Source: Octopus bimaculoides
Lineage: Eukaryota
Length of the DNA: 64,000 nt
Direction: 5' to 3'
Assembly: GCF_001194135.2 (NCBI RefSeq)
Contig: NC_068986.1
Span: 41,260,661-41,324,660 of the forward strand
Below, one piece after another: positions 12,613-26,399 of this stretch. Position numbers and translations under genes: made by a program. Position 1 is the first letter of the stretch. Each line of letters opens with the position of its first letter. The notes below the pieces were generated by a model, which was not told the origin of the DNA, made no database searches, and was given only the letters and a program-made list of their open reading frames with translations.

Positions 12613-13779
12613 TGCTGACAGTTTGGGGCAATAACCTGTTTGGAGCAATAACCTCTGATAAATTCTCTTGAACATATAAATATACTTTCATATGTTGAAT
12701 GAATGCAATTGAACGTGCCAGTAGGTGTATTAGTTGGGGAGAGAGAAAGAGATGCGTAGGCAGAAATGTGATTTCTGTTGTTTATATTTGCTTGGAAATA
12801 CTGTTGTAAGTTATAATGTTCTTTTAGTTGAACTCCATTTTAAAATCTAGATGTTGATTTTGTTTTAATTATTTAGATTTACTCATTTCATGAAAGGTAC
12901 GTTTTTATTAGCTTAGTTTTGCAAACTGAATTCTATAAGGTTAATGATTTTCCCTCATATTTATTCCTTCCAGTTACTCTGCAGTATTGGGATGAAAACC
13001 AAGTGTTCTTTCCTAGATAAAGTTATGGCTGCATTAAGATTCACAAATTACATGTCTCAGTTATTAAATATCATAGTAATAATATACAGACAATGAGTTG
13101 CAAATGAGCTGATATCTACAAATTCTCATTTTCTAATAACTAACTCTATAAGTTGTGAAGTCTATTTATTTTATTTTAGATCCATTAAATTTCTACATTG
13201 TGCTATATCTCTTAGAAAAATATATAAGCTTGTTTATACAACCCTTTCTTTTTCTTTTTTTTTCCTCCATATATCTCAGTTCTTGCCCAAGATTTCATCC
13301 CAAACATTTCCATTATTCACAATTTTTTCTTTTTTTTTAAGTATTTTCTGAAACCTATCTTAATTCTTTTGATAACATCCTGCATGCAATCATCCCCACT
13401 CTTCTATTGGTTCTTTTCATACTAAATTGCTCATTTTAAAATGCTCATATATAAGTTTAAACTTTCTGCCATAATTGTATGCAAGAATGTTTAGATAAAA
13501 TATATTCTAAACACCAGCTTTGAAAGAGAAATAATTGCAAAAGTTAATTATTTGGCTAAATGCCTCTAAATTCTTGATTATTTTCAAAATCAGTGGAAAT
13601 ACATTGGGAGTGTTATTTCATTACAAAAGGGTTAGGCAACATTTCTACGCCTCTTCCTACTTTCCAATAAACATCATCCTATCATATTCTGTCAGTCAGA
13701 GAATTCATGGGAACAAGAGATCACCATCATCATTTAACATCCACTTTTCCATGCTTGCATGAAATTTAATGCAGCAGAT

Positions 13780-13940
13780 TTTCAATGACTGGTTACCCTT
13801 CCTGTTGCTAATCCTTATCTATTTCCAACCAAGGTAATATACCCCCCATGGCCTGACGTGTTCTTTATGGAAGACTGGAAACAAATAACAGTGCTTGTAT
13901 GATGATGATGCTCATTTACACCTATGATGTCAAAACAAGG

Positions 13941-13976
<36 letters not shown>

Positions 13977-14110
13977 GCATATATACAGCAAGCTTCTTTC
14001 AGTTTCTGTCTCCCAACTCAAAAGGCTTTGGTTAGCCTGGGGTCATAGTAGAAGACACTTACCCAAGAGTACACGGTTGGGAAACAAGCTTCTTAACCAT
14101 ACAGCCACAG
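13780..14110 (-). mobile_element. SINE family B with internal (CA)n
   Basis: Reverse complement of the head and tail seen at 39380-39754. Confidence 0.7.
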
Positions 14111-14649
14111 ATATGCCAAACAATGTAAATTTATAATATTAATGACATGAAAATTCTTAATGTCATTCAAGCTTTTTTAATGTATAATTTTTGCTTATTT
14201 TTATTTATATATTATTTATGTATTGTGTGTGTTTATTTTTATATACCTCTATATTTTTTATATATTCGCTACTATTCACTACATGTCTATATAATTTTTA
14301 TATATTCGCTACATGTCTATATAAAATTTTTCAGTTTGGGACTCTGGGATTACCAACAGATGTTGGATATTGTCTGAGGTTCAGTTTCAGGAATGAAGCA
14401 AATGACGACTATCTTTTCCTTTAAATTGAATGCTTTTCACCAGCTTTGGCCAAAGGAGAATTAAAGTTTACTACTTTTAGCTAAAGAAACACTTCTTAAA
14501 AGTACACCATGCTCCTGCATCTTATAGTGTTCAGCTTTGCCTCTCTATGGATTAAGCTATGGTCTTTGTCAGGGACATAACATAATCTCAGCAGTTACAT
14601 ATAAATTGCTGCTTTGTTGGTTAGTGGGCTTGCACCTTAACAATTTGAC

Positions 14650-14960
14650 CAACTGCAAGTTTCCACATGCTCACAAGCAGATTTCCGACTCTGATATGTG
14701 AAATGCAAATTGTATGAAGCTTGTACTAAGAGTGTGATATTGCATGATAGTGAAACAGAGACCTTGAATGTGGATGGATGATTCATGGAAGCTGAAGTGA
14801 AATAAGGCAAGTATAACCCATCGAATGTGTAACATTAACATGCATGAAAGACAGAGCACAAGTAAGCTAAGAAAGTGGTTTTGGCCAATATTTTACAGGA
14901 CTGACTATTATATTGGCATGTACATATCAGTGTTGGTTGAACAAAGTGTTGTGAACTGTC
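14650..14960 (+). mobile_element. RTE LINE 3' fragment
   Basis: VKCKLYEACTKSVILHDSET and RMCNINMHERQSTSKLRK parallel the C-terminal parts of the other two RTE remnants. Confidence 0.7.
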
Positions 14961-16649
14961 AGTGGAAGAGTCTTGCAGCTTTAAAAAAAAAAAAAAAAAC
15001 AAGGAAAAGGAAACCAATTAGATCTTGAGAATCTGACCCATAGAAACCACATGGGGAAAATTGGGACATGCTGCAATCTACTAATGTAGTTCATATGTCC
15101 AGCTGTGCCAAAATGATAAATAAAGAATTGACTTTATGACAATGATGATAATTTATGTATGCAGTAAATAGAACTAGTAGTTGTAAAATTTGAATGTCTA
15201 CAGTTTAAATATTCAGATTAACACACCATATACTTTTTAAAAAACAAACATTAAATTAATGGATACACTGATTTCTTCTATACTTTTATTTTCATAAAAC
15301 TTGAACATTCTAAACTGCTTTCACCAAATACAGCACAGCTGTTATCTGATTTGAAATGTTGATGTTGTTTGAGGTGGTTTCTTTTTACTATTCGTTGATT
15401 TATGTAATCAACCATTTTATATTTAATTTTGTTATTATATTTCTCTGCTTAGGTAATTTCAACAAGGTTGTTGACAATGTTGGGTTACCTATTTATTACC
15501 TCCCTTCTCCCCTTGCTCTTTATTATACTTTTACAAGTGTCTGAAGTCATTTAGAATGGCAGCTGTTTTTCTCATCTTTACCCAATGCACTTCTCTCTCT
15601 CTTTTTATTTTTAGTTTTGTCTTTTCTTTCTTCCTGTTTCTTCACCTTCTTTATCCTTTTCCTTTCCTTATTAAAATCGCCTCCCTTCCCCATCTCAACT
15701 TTTCTTTATTCTCCATGTTATGTGTCTTGATTTACAGTGCAGATTTCTGCTCAAAGTAATCTTTATCTCTCTTTATGCTACTTGCTAGCTCTACCACCTC
15801 CACCACCACCACCACCACCACCACGGTTATTACTATACTATCACCTACCACAGCTGCCAATACTTCTGCCACTGTAGCTTCTGCCACTGCTGCTGGTTGC
15901 TTGCCTCAACTGTCTGTCCATTGATTTCTATAATTTCACCTGAGTCATTACTGGATGTTCGGATGACAATAATCATAGGCTCTTCTATCTAAAAGCTTAA
16001 CTTGAATGGCTTAAATCCCTCATTCAGTGATTCTCTTGCTCTCTTTCCCAACTCATACATATTCTGTTTCTCACTTTCCTCATTGCTATGTAAAATTGAT
16101 TAAATTGGATACTTGGAATAAGGATGAGGATTTTGTTATCATAGCCAGATAAAATTGTTGTTCTTGTTGTTACTGGTTATCTTTCATTAAGCAAACTTTT
16201 TTTTTCCTCTCTTTTTGAAATTTTGATTTTATTTATTTAATTTTTTTTTTTTTCTAAATATTCATCTTGTTGTTTGAAGAATTAAAATTAACTGAACTAT
16301 TCTACAAATCTACTGACAAAGGTTTTGATTTGCTGAATCTCTTTGGTTGGTTTTTCAATGAAGATTAAAGAAACGAATTTAAAAAATAAAAAAAAATTTT
16401 TTCATTTATTTATTTATTTGTTTTTAAATCCATAATTCTGTAATCTTTGAATATTTTAAGTTTTGTCATGTTAATTTAAACAAAGAACCAACAATATGAT
16501 TTTCTTTTTGTTTGTTTGTTTTTTTTTTCATCTTCCATTAATGATTATTCACTTCACATCTTATCAAATTGTGTTGTTCTCAGTAACATTTAGATGTCAG
16601 ACTATGAATGAATAATATTAACCATTTTCTCTTATGCCATATTTTTTTA

Positions 16650-17395
16650 TTTTGCTGTTTGCTTGCACGTATGTATTCTCACATATCCTCACTACACACA
16701 TGTGCATGTACACACTCTCTTACCACACCCCACTCTTATTAAACAGTCACTCTCATCACATGTACATGCACACACAACACACACATATGATTTACATCCA
16801 CACACTCCTCATTCTTACAATAAGTATACCCTTTCATCATAAGTACATACTTTCACTACACGTACATACTTTCACAGTATGTACATCATCTCACGACACA
16901 GTCTCTCCACACATGTACATTATTTCACCATACACATACACTACCTCACCACACGCATACATTATCTCGCCACACGCATACATTATCTCGCCACACGCAT
17001 ACATTATCTCGCCACACGCATACATTATCTCGCCACACGCATACATTATCTCGCCACACGCATACACCATGCCACCACACACTTATACCATGTCACCACA
17101 CACAGTCTTCCTACACACATACAATCTTCCTACACACGTACACAGTCTTCCCACACACATACACAGTCTCCCCACACACGTACACAGTCTCCCCACACAC
17201 GTACACAGTCTCCCCACACACGTACACAGTCTCCCCACACACATACACAGTCTCCCCACACACGTACATTGCTTCACCACATGCATACTCATTCTTACTA
17301 CATGTACTCACTCTCACCACATGTTATCACTCTCGCCATGCACATATTCATTCTCACCATGCACTAGCATACATACCCTCACCATACACACATAA
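16650..17395. repeat. CA-rich minisatellite with a 21-bp period
   Basis: Five exact ACACGCATACATTATCTCGCC units (16951-17055), then ACACAC(G/A)TACACAGTCTCCCC units (about 17140-17275), with decayed flanks. Confidence 0.9.
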
Positions 17396-17666
17396 CACTC
17401 TTAGGGCATCTGGGAGGAATTTTATTTGGAGGCACAGAGTTTCTTTGTAGGTCGGAGGACTTCTCCTTTGTGAAAGCTATGTATGAAAACATTTTCTGAG
17501 GTCTTGGGAGTTTTGAATACGCTGTTCCACTGCCCCACCTTGATATGGTTTTAAACTTTTCATACTACTACATATTTATTGCACACATTTAACCTATGCA
17601 TCCGCATGCTGCTTATCACATGTAAGTAAGACCCTAGTTAAAATATGATTTTATTTAGTGCAAACA

Positions 17667-17708
<42 letters not shown>

Positions 17709-17709
<1 letters not shown>

Positions 17710-17991
17710 CTCTTTTACTCTCTTACTTGTTTCAGTCTTTTGACTATGGCCATACTGGAGCACCGCCTTTAGTCAAGCAAATCGACCCCAGGACTTATTC
17801 TTTAAAAGCCTAGTACTTATTCTGTCGGTCTCTTTTGCCGAACCGCTAAGTTCCAAATCCACTCACAAGGCTTTGGTCGGCCTAAGGCTATAGTAGAAGA
17901 CACTTGCCCAAGATGCCATGCAGTGGGACTGAACCTGGGACCATGTGGTTGGTAAGCAAGCTACTTACCACACAGCCACTCCTACACCTAT
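17709..17991 (-). mobile_element. SINE family A (tRNA-derived head), internally deleted
   Basis: High similarity to 38329-38804; A-box/B-box-like head on the minus strand; central segment missing. Confidence 0.85.
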
Positions 17992-19164
17992 ATATAAAAT
18001 AAAGAAATGTATTGAAACCAGTCAGTTGTATGAAGCAGACAAGGAAACAAAATACAACAAAGCCCACTGGATAATATTATTGTATCAAGTAACATTTAGA
18101 TTTTAATTGCTTTCCTTCTGATTACCATCATAACTCTGTGTCACAACTCTGTGAAGAGACATCAAGCCTACAGCCTTGAAGTTTTATACTTTATTATATA
18201 CATCTAAATGGAAAGAATAAGTTGAAAGCAAGATGATGGCAAATTGATTAGGTGTTAGAATTTGTAGAAGCTAAATATAAATTTCTTTTCATTAAATATT
18301 TGGGACATTTTTTTACCCATCATGACAACTTTCTCTTTCTAATATTTTTTCTCCATCCCTAAAATACACATGCATTTTCCTCTCTTACGCCTTTGTTTTC
18401 TTCATTTTTATCTTACTCTCTCATTCTTTTTCTCACTTTAATCTATGTAAGATAGTATTCAGTTGCTTTTTGAAAAGGAAAGAAAAAAAAAAACTGATTC
18501 TTTCAATGAAAGGAAATATTTGTGCAAAAGCTTTGCCTATGGCAGCACCAATTACATCTGTGTTAATGCTTTAAAGTTTCATTTTCAATTGCATTCATGA
18601 AAAGCATTTTCTAGTAAAAATCTCAGAGAAATTTTTTAAATGCCTGGGTATTATAATCAGAGTACAGCTGAATATGTTCCCACCTTTTGACTTTGGTGCT
18701 CAATAATACTTTACCAATTTTATTTTTGAATATCTTCATATGTTAGAATATTTAGGCTTCTTCAAGTATATAATTTTATTCCATATAAGTCCCATATGCT
18801 TTGATATTTATTTTTCTGAAGTTTTTTTTTTTGTTTTCATTTTACTTTGTAAGATATATGTCCTATATAATTTTCTTTGTTCCTTTTATATTTTTTCAAT
18901 AAAAGAGAAAAAAAGATGCATTAAGTAAAGAGACATTGGTAGAACTAAGCTATTAAGGCATGAAAATTGGATGTAAATTTAAGGTTTCAGTCTAGTGTAT
19001 GATCACTTTATAACTTGAACACCTTATCAGCAATATTTTATACATACGTATGTGTATATGTATAAAATATTTAATAAGGCATGCAAAAATATTTTTGCAT
19101 CATGTAAAAATACCTTTCTGGGTCTCCCCCCTCCCTCTTTTTCTCTCATACACACACACACACA

Positions 19165-19605
19165 CTCAACCGTATTTAAGAAATTTGCTTCCCAGCCACA
19201 TAGTTATTAGTTTAGTCCTATTGTGTAGCACTTAGGTAAGTGTTTTCTACAATAGCTCCAGGCCAATCAAAGCCTTCTGAGTGAATTTAGTCACCAGTAA
19301 CTGAAAGAAACCCATCATATATAATATAATAGTATGTGTATGTGTGTGTGCTTCTGTGATTGTTTATATGTTGTGCTTCTCCAAAAATTGTGAGCTACAC
19401 ACTTTGATGTCAGTTTTCCTATCAACAAATTATCTGTTAACTTTGTGCCATCAAAACTTGTGAAATAAAAGACTCCTTACTTGAAAAACAGGCATGGCTA
19501 AAAGACACAGAGGACATCTAGCTATGAAACAGTGGCTCAATGATATACTCATTCATCTAACCCATACTAGCATGGCAAAAAGCAGACATAAAAATTAACA
19601 AATGT
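19165..19605 (+). mobile_element. SINE family B, decayed
   Basis: Head GCACTTAGGTAAGTGTTTTCTACAATAGC, a (TG) tract, and tail CCTTACTTGAAAAACAGG...CCCATACTAGCATGG. Confidence 0.65.
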
Positions 19606-19608
19606 ATA

Positions 19609-19639
<31 letters not shown>

Positions 19640-19727
19640 CATAATCATAATCATAATTTTTACTTATACTGACATGGATGTGTGTGTGTATGTATATGGA
19701 ATCTTATCCATATGCAATGAATCTGAC

Positions 19728-19730
<3 letters not shown>

Positions 19731-19760
<30 letters not shown>
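19731..19760. repeat. T30 homopolymer
   Basis: Directly visible. Confidence 0.9.
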
Positions 19761-19761
<1 letters not shown>

Positions 19762-21556
19762 ACGGCTTGAGATGAAAGCCAGACTAGCTTCAGCATTTCA
19801 ATCTTATCAGGAGTCACCTCTTTCTCCCTCTAGATGCTAAAATATAGCTATAGAAAGTTATGTATTAAATTTCAAGCAAACGTGTGCCTAGGGACAACTC
19901 ATTTGCATAACAGTAAAGGGTTAATAGTTCAACATAAATTATTAGGGTACAAATACAGTAAGGGTTATAGATAAATAAATATACTACTTCATTGTATACA
20001 CTTAAACAAGAAATATTAGTATTCGATATGAACAAGGGGAGGAAAAGAGAGAAAGTGTGTGTGTGTGTGATTGTTCTCTCATCATAAATTGTTAGTTTTA
20101 TTTTACTGATGTTCACACACTGAAGAAAATTTACTAACATATGCCTTACACTTTATTCAAAATGTAATCTTCTGAAATGTGACTTTATTTTGGTTTCTAA
20201 AATGTCCTAGTTAATTTACTTCTATTTTATATACATCGTTGTATTCTTGTAGTTGAAGGGAGATTGATTGTACATGGCTGGACAGGTTGGACCTCAGTTA
20301 GAACTTGCATTGCTGCAAGTTCATTCACATACTGTTTCGTTTACTTATTCTCTTCAGAAATCTATTGGAAATCAATAGGTTTACTTCATACTTTCTATAA
20401 CAAGCACAATGTTTATATTCACTAATTAATCATATTACTTTGTAGTTTTCAGTTTATTCATAGGTGCAAGATTATTATAATAAATTTTTGACTGAAGAAT
20501 GTCATTATAGATTACTTTAATACTTATCAGTCCTGAATTGAAGAGAAGCTCAATGTATTTGTTACTTATAATTCTATTCAGGGAATGCTTCTCACAGTCT
20601 ATATTAATTACAAAATGATTATCACTGTGTACATTAATGAAATTTGTAGTTAAGGAAATTAATTGTATTCAAACCCAAACTACCCATCATCTGTTTGCTT
20701 ATATATATTGACATATTTACCTGTTCATATATCCCTGTCTACTTATCTATCTATCTAGTTCTGTTAAATGCTATTTTATGACAGTGAGCTGGCTAAATGT
20801 TGATGAGTGGCTCATGAAAGCTATGAAAATCATGTAGAGAGGGACTAAAACCAGAATTAAGATAATACACTGAGTGACATATTTCAATCCACTTCCTGTC
20901 TTCTAAATCCTGGAAACCATTATAAAGAAGTTAAAGATTAAACTCCTGTAGATGCTTCTGTATGCAAACAACTCGGTTGTCATTGTAGGATTTGTGTGGG
21001 TGTTATGAAAGCAGTTTGATCTGCTTTCATAACTGTGAAGGTTCTGAAAATGATTACTGTGTAGGTGGTGGAGGAACAGGTGGGGGCGAGGGCATCATAG
21101 ACCAAATGGTTTCAGGAAAATGGTTGTGATTAGCATATAAAGATTAGACAGGAACTCAATACATTGTCAGTCCAATCAGTGGTTGTGTAAAAGATGTAAT
21201 TAGATTTCAAGCAAACTCTATTAAGAGTAAAATGTTTGCTGTGCTACATGCACTTTTGAAATACAAGCAATAACACACTGTAGACCATGTACTTTTAAAA
21301 TGTCTTTTTGGAAAAAGTAGTAGATTAGATCTGTTACCTAGGTGATAATTTTTCATGGTACAATTAATGAAAAGTTATTGTATGATTCATAAAGTAATTG
21401 GGAAAATTTCTTTTGTTAGTAACAAATGGATTCTATTTCCATAGGTGAGTCAGGTAATGAAGAAGATGTTAAAATTGTACAATCAGCAAAACTTGGATAG
21501 TAAAGTTACATTGCATTTAAGGACAAAGTAAAATTTGATCCTTAAATCTAGTATGT

Positions 21557-21705
21557 AAACTGTTCATATCTGACCCAAATATTCTGCCTCTTTTATGCTC
21601 AAACTGGCCAGATCTGACTTCTCAAACAATCACATTCAAGCTCCAAGATAATGCATGATTTGATTCAAAACAATGGGAATAAGCAAGCATTACATTTGAC
21701 GAGAG
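21557..21705 (-). mobile_element. piggyBac-type MITE family A, fragment
   Basis: GATAATGCATGATT...CAAAACAATG...GCATTACATTTGAC is shared with 49566-49773; opposite orientation to the 8257 copy. Confidence 0.6.
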
Positions 21706-23303
21706 AAGAGCTTCATCACTTAAAAACATTTTGTGTACTAAAACATTACTTAATGTATTATATTATTTTCAAAAAGTCTTATGAAGTGGTTAAAGAGAAA
21801 AATCTTTGAGTCACTCAGATGGTCATGGAGCTTTAATATTCAAGCCAGTTCAACCAATCCTAATGTTAAGAAAAGAAGGGTATATGATAGAATCGTATTA
21901 TATGTTTAATAGTTTATTCTAAAGTTTTGTATTGCAGGACAGAACTTGAAATGTTATACTGTATGTAAGCAGGCATATATGCAGGCATGCATAGCTTGAA
22001 GCTTTACTAAATACAAGTGTTCTAGTTTTTGCTAAATAATGTTAGTTTGGACAGAAGAGTGCCATATACCAGAATGAAAGTTATTCATTGATAATGTTAA
22101 AAACAATGAATTGAGTTAGAAGCTAATTCTATGAAATATTAAGATGTTAATGAAATCATGAACATGTATTTTATTTGCAGTATGGTGTACTATATGTTTC
22201 AACTACATATATTTCAAACTAATCACAACCTGGACACAATAATGGTTATTTTATATCCTATGAGGGCCTGCAAGGAGGATTGCATCTGCCCCTTCCTCCA
22301 AACTTAGTAAAGAAAAAAAGCATGAGAGAATTTCTTTGATATGAAACATAGTTGTTTAGCTCCAGCTCAACTCTGATCAAGCAGATCCATGATCAAAGTA
22401 CTCCAGCTCTGACCATTTCATCATAATTTCAAACAGTGTACCTAATACTATGTTACCCAGTGAAATCCTCAGTTTATTTATTTATTTGTTTTAAAATAGT
22501 GGGGTGTGGGAAATTGCTTTTTTTTTAACAGGTTAGATGATATAAAGATTTCCTTGTTTCCAAAACAGAAGTAGAAGAGTAAGACAGATTGTTGGTTATA
22601 AGTGTTTATTACCATCATCAAATCTGTGATCCAGTGAGAAAAATTACTTTGTGAAAAGGGTATGCAATACATATATTATGTGCTGGATGTCTTGAAGAAT
22701 TATAGACTGTAATTTGACTCTTCATTTGTACCAGTCAGTAACTATGAGCTAGTAATGGTGCCAAAGCAATGCTACAAAATGTACGTTGCCACAGGCATTA
22801 AAAATGATTTTAATGTTGAAACCATATTAATAGTATTGGAATAAATCTCAAAATTTTTTTGACTTGGTTTTACATGTCCATTTCTTTCTGACATTGAATA
22901 ATTGAAACATCTATACATTTCTTCAACAGACCGTTGCATTTTATGTAGGGATTGTTAGTTTTTATGTCCAATTAATGTTTCTAAAACTTCAGTCATCTGG
23001 ATGAAGTGGTTATTGGTTATGTATATTATTATTATGGTGGGCTAGAATCTTTGGATTGTTAATGTTAAATGTCATTATCAATTGATATGTGTGTATATAT
23101 GCTCATATGCACCTACACATAAAGTGGTTGATCAAAAGAAGGGCTTTCAACTATAGAAAGTATGCTAAAAAATTAAATGCACAAGTGAGACATGCTCCTT
23201 CAACATGTCTAGGAGGACATTAAATCTGAATAAGAACTGACTTGTAATGTGAAAATCCATCTAACCATGCCAGCATGAAAAGCATATGTAAAATTATGAT
23301 GGA

Positions 23304-23338
<35 letters not shown>

Positions 23339-24384
23339 CCTGTAAAAGCCAGTGGTACATCCCTTTTCTCCAGATCAAAGCAGTTTAAAAACATTGAGGG
23401 GAAAATTGATTAACCCAGCATAAGAATATGTAGGTAATTACCCTAATTTTAAAGGTGGCCAAAAAGCAGGATTGTTAAGGCATTGGGTAGAATGCCCTAC
23501 AGTACTTGTTCTGATTCTCTTTCTGAGTTCAAATTCTACTGATATTTATTCTGCCTATCATCCTTTAGGAATCAATAAAAATAGGGGCCAACTTAGAGCA
23601 TGGATTAGAACTGTTAGTCATTTGAGCAAGTTGCCTTGCAGTATCTTTTTGTGGCTCTCTTTGCATTTTGAAAGCATCACCTGCTATGAAGCTGGTGCTA
23701 AGCTGTATTGATCCCAATGCAGTTACCTTTCATTTAGATAATATTTGTGGTGTGAAGTGGAGAGGCTTTCGGGTATGGGCAACTGCTAATCTTGCTTAAA
23801 AAAAAAAAAAATTGCCTAGTCTATGCATAAAGATGCAGATTGAAGGTCAACCTTGACTGATAGAGGCCCCCTCCCCCCAACTAATTTTGTTAGTTAAAAA
23901 CATATTATCATCACTTTTCTTATTTGTTCTAAACTATCATTAATACTTATAGATAATAGATAACTATGTTTTATAACTCAATGCATTATTTAAAAATAAA
24001 AGCATTACTTAGGTAATTAAAACAAGGCTCCTTCCAAAACATGAGCTCATGATCTCCTTATCTGACAGTAAAACACAAATAAATTTAATGGTCTACCAAA
24101 CTGATAACCATATTTGGATATGCTGCCATGATCTCAATAGAAAGTAGTTGTCATTGTAAGATTTAGTTACGGAAATCTGTCTAGACAATGTAGGTTTTAA
24201 AATTTGTCATACACTGTCTATTTTTGTTGTTGCTTTGAAGAATTCCAGCTTTTTGAAAACAGGTTCTCATATCTTAATGTTACAGAAGGAGCAAATTTCT
24301 GCTCAGTAAAAAGCTACAACACTCATTCATCTCTTTCTCTGCCTCACCTCGCCTTCTTTAATTCATTTCAAACTTATATTTAGA

Positions 24385-24590
24385 CTTTGAGTAAATAGAT
24401 ATTACATTTGACAGAGTAATCTGAATGCTAATTTTATTTAGAATCATGCATTATCTTGTAGTTGAGATTTTGATGATCTGGCTGTTTATTTTTAGAATGG
24501 CATTGTAGGGTAACTGTAAGAGGTTAGATCTAGTCAATTTGAATGTAAAACAGGTTGAATATTTGGGCCAGATATGGCTGGGTTAAGTAA
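24385..24590 (+). mobile_element. piggyBac-type MITE family A, decayed
   Basis: AATCATGCATTATCTTGTAG...GGCCAGATATGGC as in 8257-8532. Confidence 0.65.
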
Positions 24591-26399
24591 TGCTACTGAT
24601 GGTAACAAATCCTGTGGTAGCTCTGTGCTTTTGAAGATGAGTGGAATGATAATCGACTTATTTGAAAACACAGGTATGGGTTAGTGACAGGATGCTAACA
24701 TAAGGAGAGGGACATAAAACAAATGGATGAAGTTGAACTTTTGAAAGACTCTCAGATGAAAAATGTGTAAATGGACAAGCATGCTTTGTAGTAACATTAT
24801 TCTACAAAATTAAAAAGAGATGATACTCAAAAAAGGTTTTGTTTCTGATAGAAAATTAAACTTTAGAAGTGCTTATTGTCATTGAAATATTTTAGCTTTT
24901 GTTTTTTTGTTTTTTTTTTTGCTAGAGCAGAATAATTGTTTTAAAGTTGAAAACTAGTCATATGAATAACATTCATTGATGAAACTATGATTAATGAAAC
25001 CTTAATTAATTTATATTAGTCAATGATTGTTGTAAGAGCTTAGATTCTGCACTGGGACTTGAATTTAGGAATTATTGTTGAGATTTATATAGATTCTATA
25101 ATATTTGGTGATGGTGCTGTTGGAGAAGGGTGTTTAGAGTTCTTTGATAGGAAAGAATTGTTTATTCAAAACAAAAGCAAAATGAGACCTTAGCTCTTTG
25201 TAATGTTGCAACAAGTTTTTTTTCTCTTTTTTCTTTTTTATAAATCATTATCGATATTGATTGTTATAGTGTACTAAATCTTTTTTTTTTCCACTGAATT
25301 CAAAAAATAAATCATTGCCAAAATAAGCAACCATTGATATTCATTGGAAAGGGTAGTGAAATCAGATTTTTATAGTTGGGCTATGAAAAAACAGTCAATA
25401 TTAGATTTTAGGTTATATGAATACATTAAATTATCTTCTCAAAAGTCTTTTGTTTCCAATTAAAGAGACATGGAATATAGAAAGAGTGAAGCAACTTTGT
25501 AGTTTTATTTATTTATTTATTTATTTATTTTTTGACTGGTTCCAGACAGTTGCCTATTTATCATTGTTAAAAAGAAATCTTCAATGATCTATCATGGAAA
25601 GGTTAGTGTGAGGTCTTTTTTGGATTAGTAGTGATGATACAAGGGAAGTTTTTGTTTGGGACAAAGTTAAGATGATTAAAACTTTCTGGCAGTTGGAACT
25701 CAATTTTATAAATTAGTGTTGGATGCATTTTCCCAAAATTTTGTTAAAGATTTATTTGATAGAAAGAAAGTAATAGTAGTTGAAATAAATAAAATTTGAA
25801 GGTCAAATAAATGTGTGGAGTGTTGACTTGGAAATATGGTTTATCACATCAGTTTTCCATTTACTGGCAATTTTAGCAATTTCATCAATGCAAAAAAATT
25901 GCTGTCAATGAGCATAAGATTCAGTTGAAAGGCAGTCCTTGTTTGCAAAATCCTTCAAAATGTGGGAACACAATGTGAAGAATATTTTATAGATAAAGTA
26001 TGTGGTGTCTTTTTACTTTCTTGTCATTACATGTACACAGTAGTAAAGAAGTTATCACTTCTCCATTCTGAACCAATTTGTGATGATATTGTAATACTTT
26101 TTATATTAATAAATTTCACTTTCAATAAACGCTCCATCTTAAACAGCTAAAATTAGTAAAGAAAGGTAGAATTGATGAAAAAATAAATTAGTATATGCAC
26201 TACAGAAAGTAATAGAAGATGGCATTTATTAAATGGTACACAATCAAATATTAATGACATAAGAATGCCATAAATGAATACTGGTTGATTAATTTATATT
26301 AAAATATTGACTGAAAGTTACTTTACAGGTATAGATTAGCAAGAATATGAATAAACTCAAAATGACAATTATCTGGAAATCCTGTGTATTGTAGGTTTT

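Noticed and set aside
14255-14323. About 30-bp tandem duplication in AT-rich sequence
   Set aside because: Ordinary slippage product
16951-17275. Regular repeat array considered as a CRISPR
   Set aside because: Head-to-tail units with no unique spacers, eukaryotic context, no cas genes
16634-17395. 253-aa ORF and overlapping ORFs with heptad repeats
   Set aside because: Open because the CA-rich minisatellite lacks stop codons; several frames and both strands are open; no domain or splice context
21445-21500. Terminal-exon-like peptides after good acceptors (GESGNEEDVKIVQSAKLG*; similarly 29164-29226 and near 47611)
   Set aside because: Short, no homology recognised, and mutually incompatible as terminal exons
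25098-25136. IIFGDGAVGEGCL, resembling the Rho-family P-loop GDGAVGKTCL
   Set aside because: Lacks the essential GK(S/T); simple GGT/GAT-rich sequence; no further GTPase motifs
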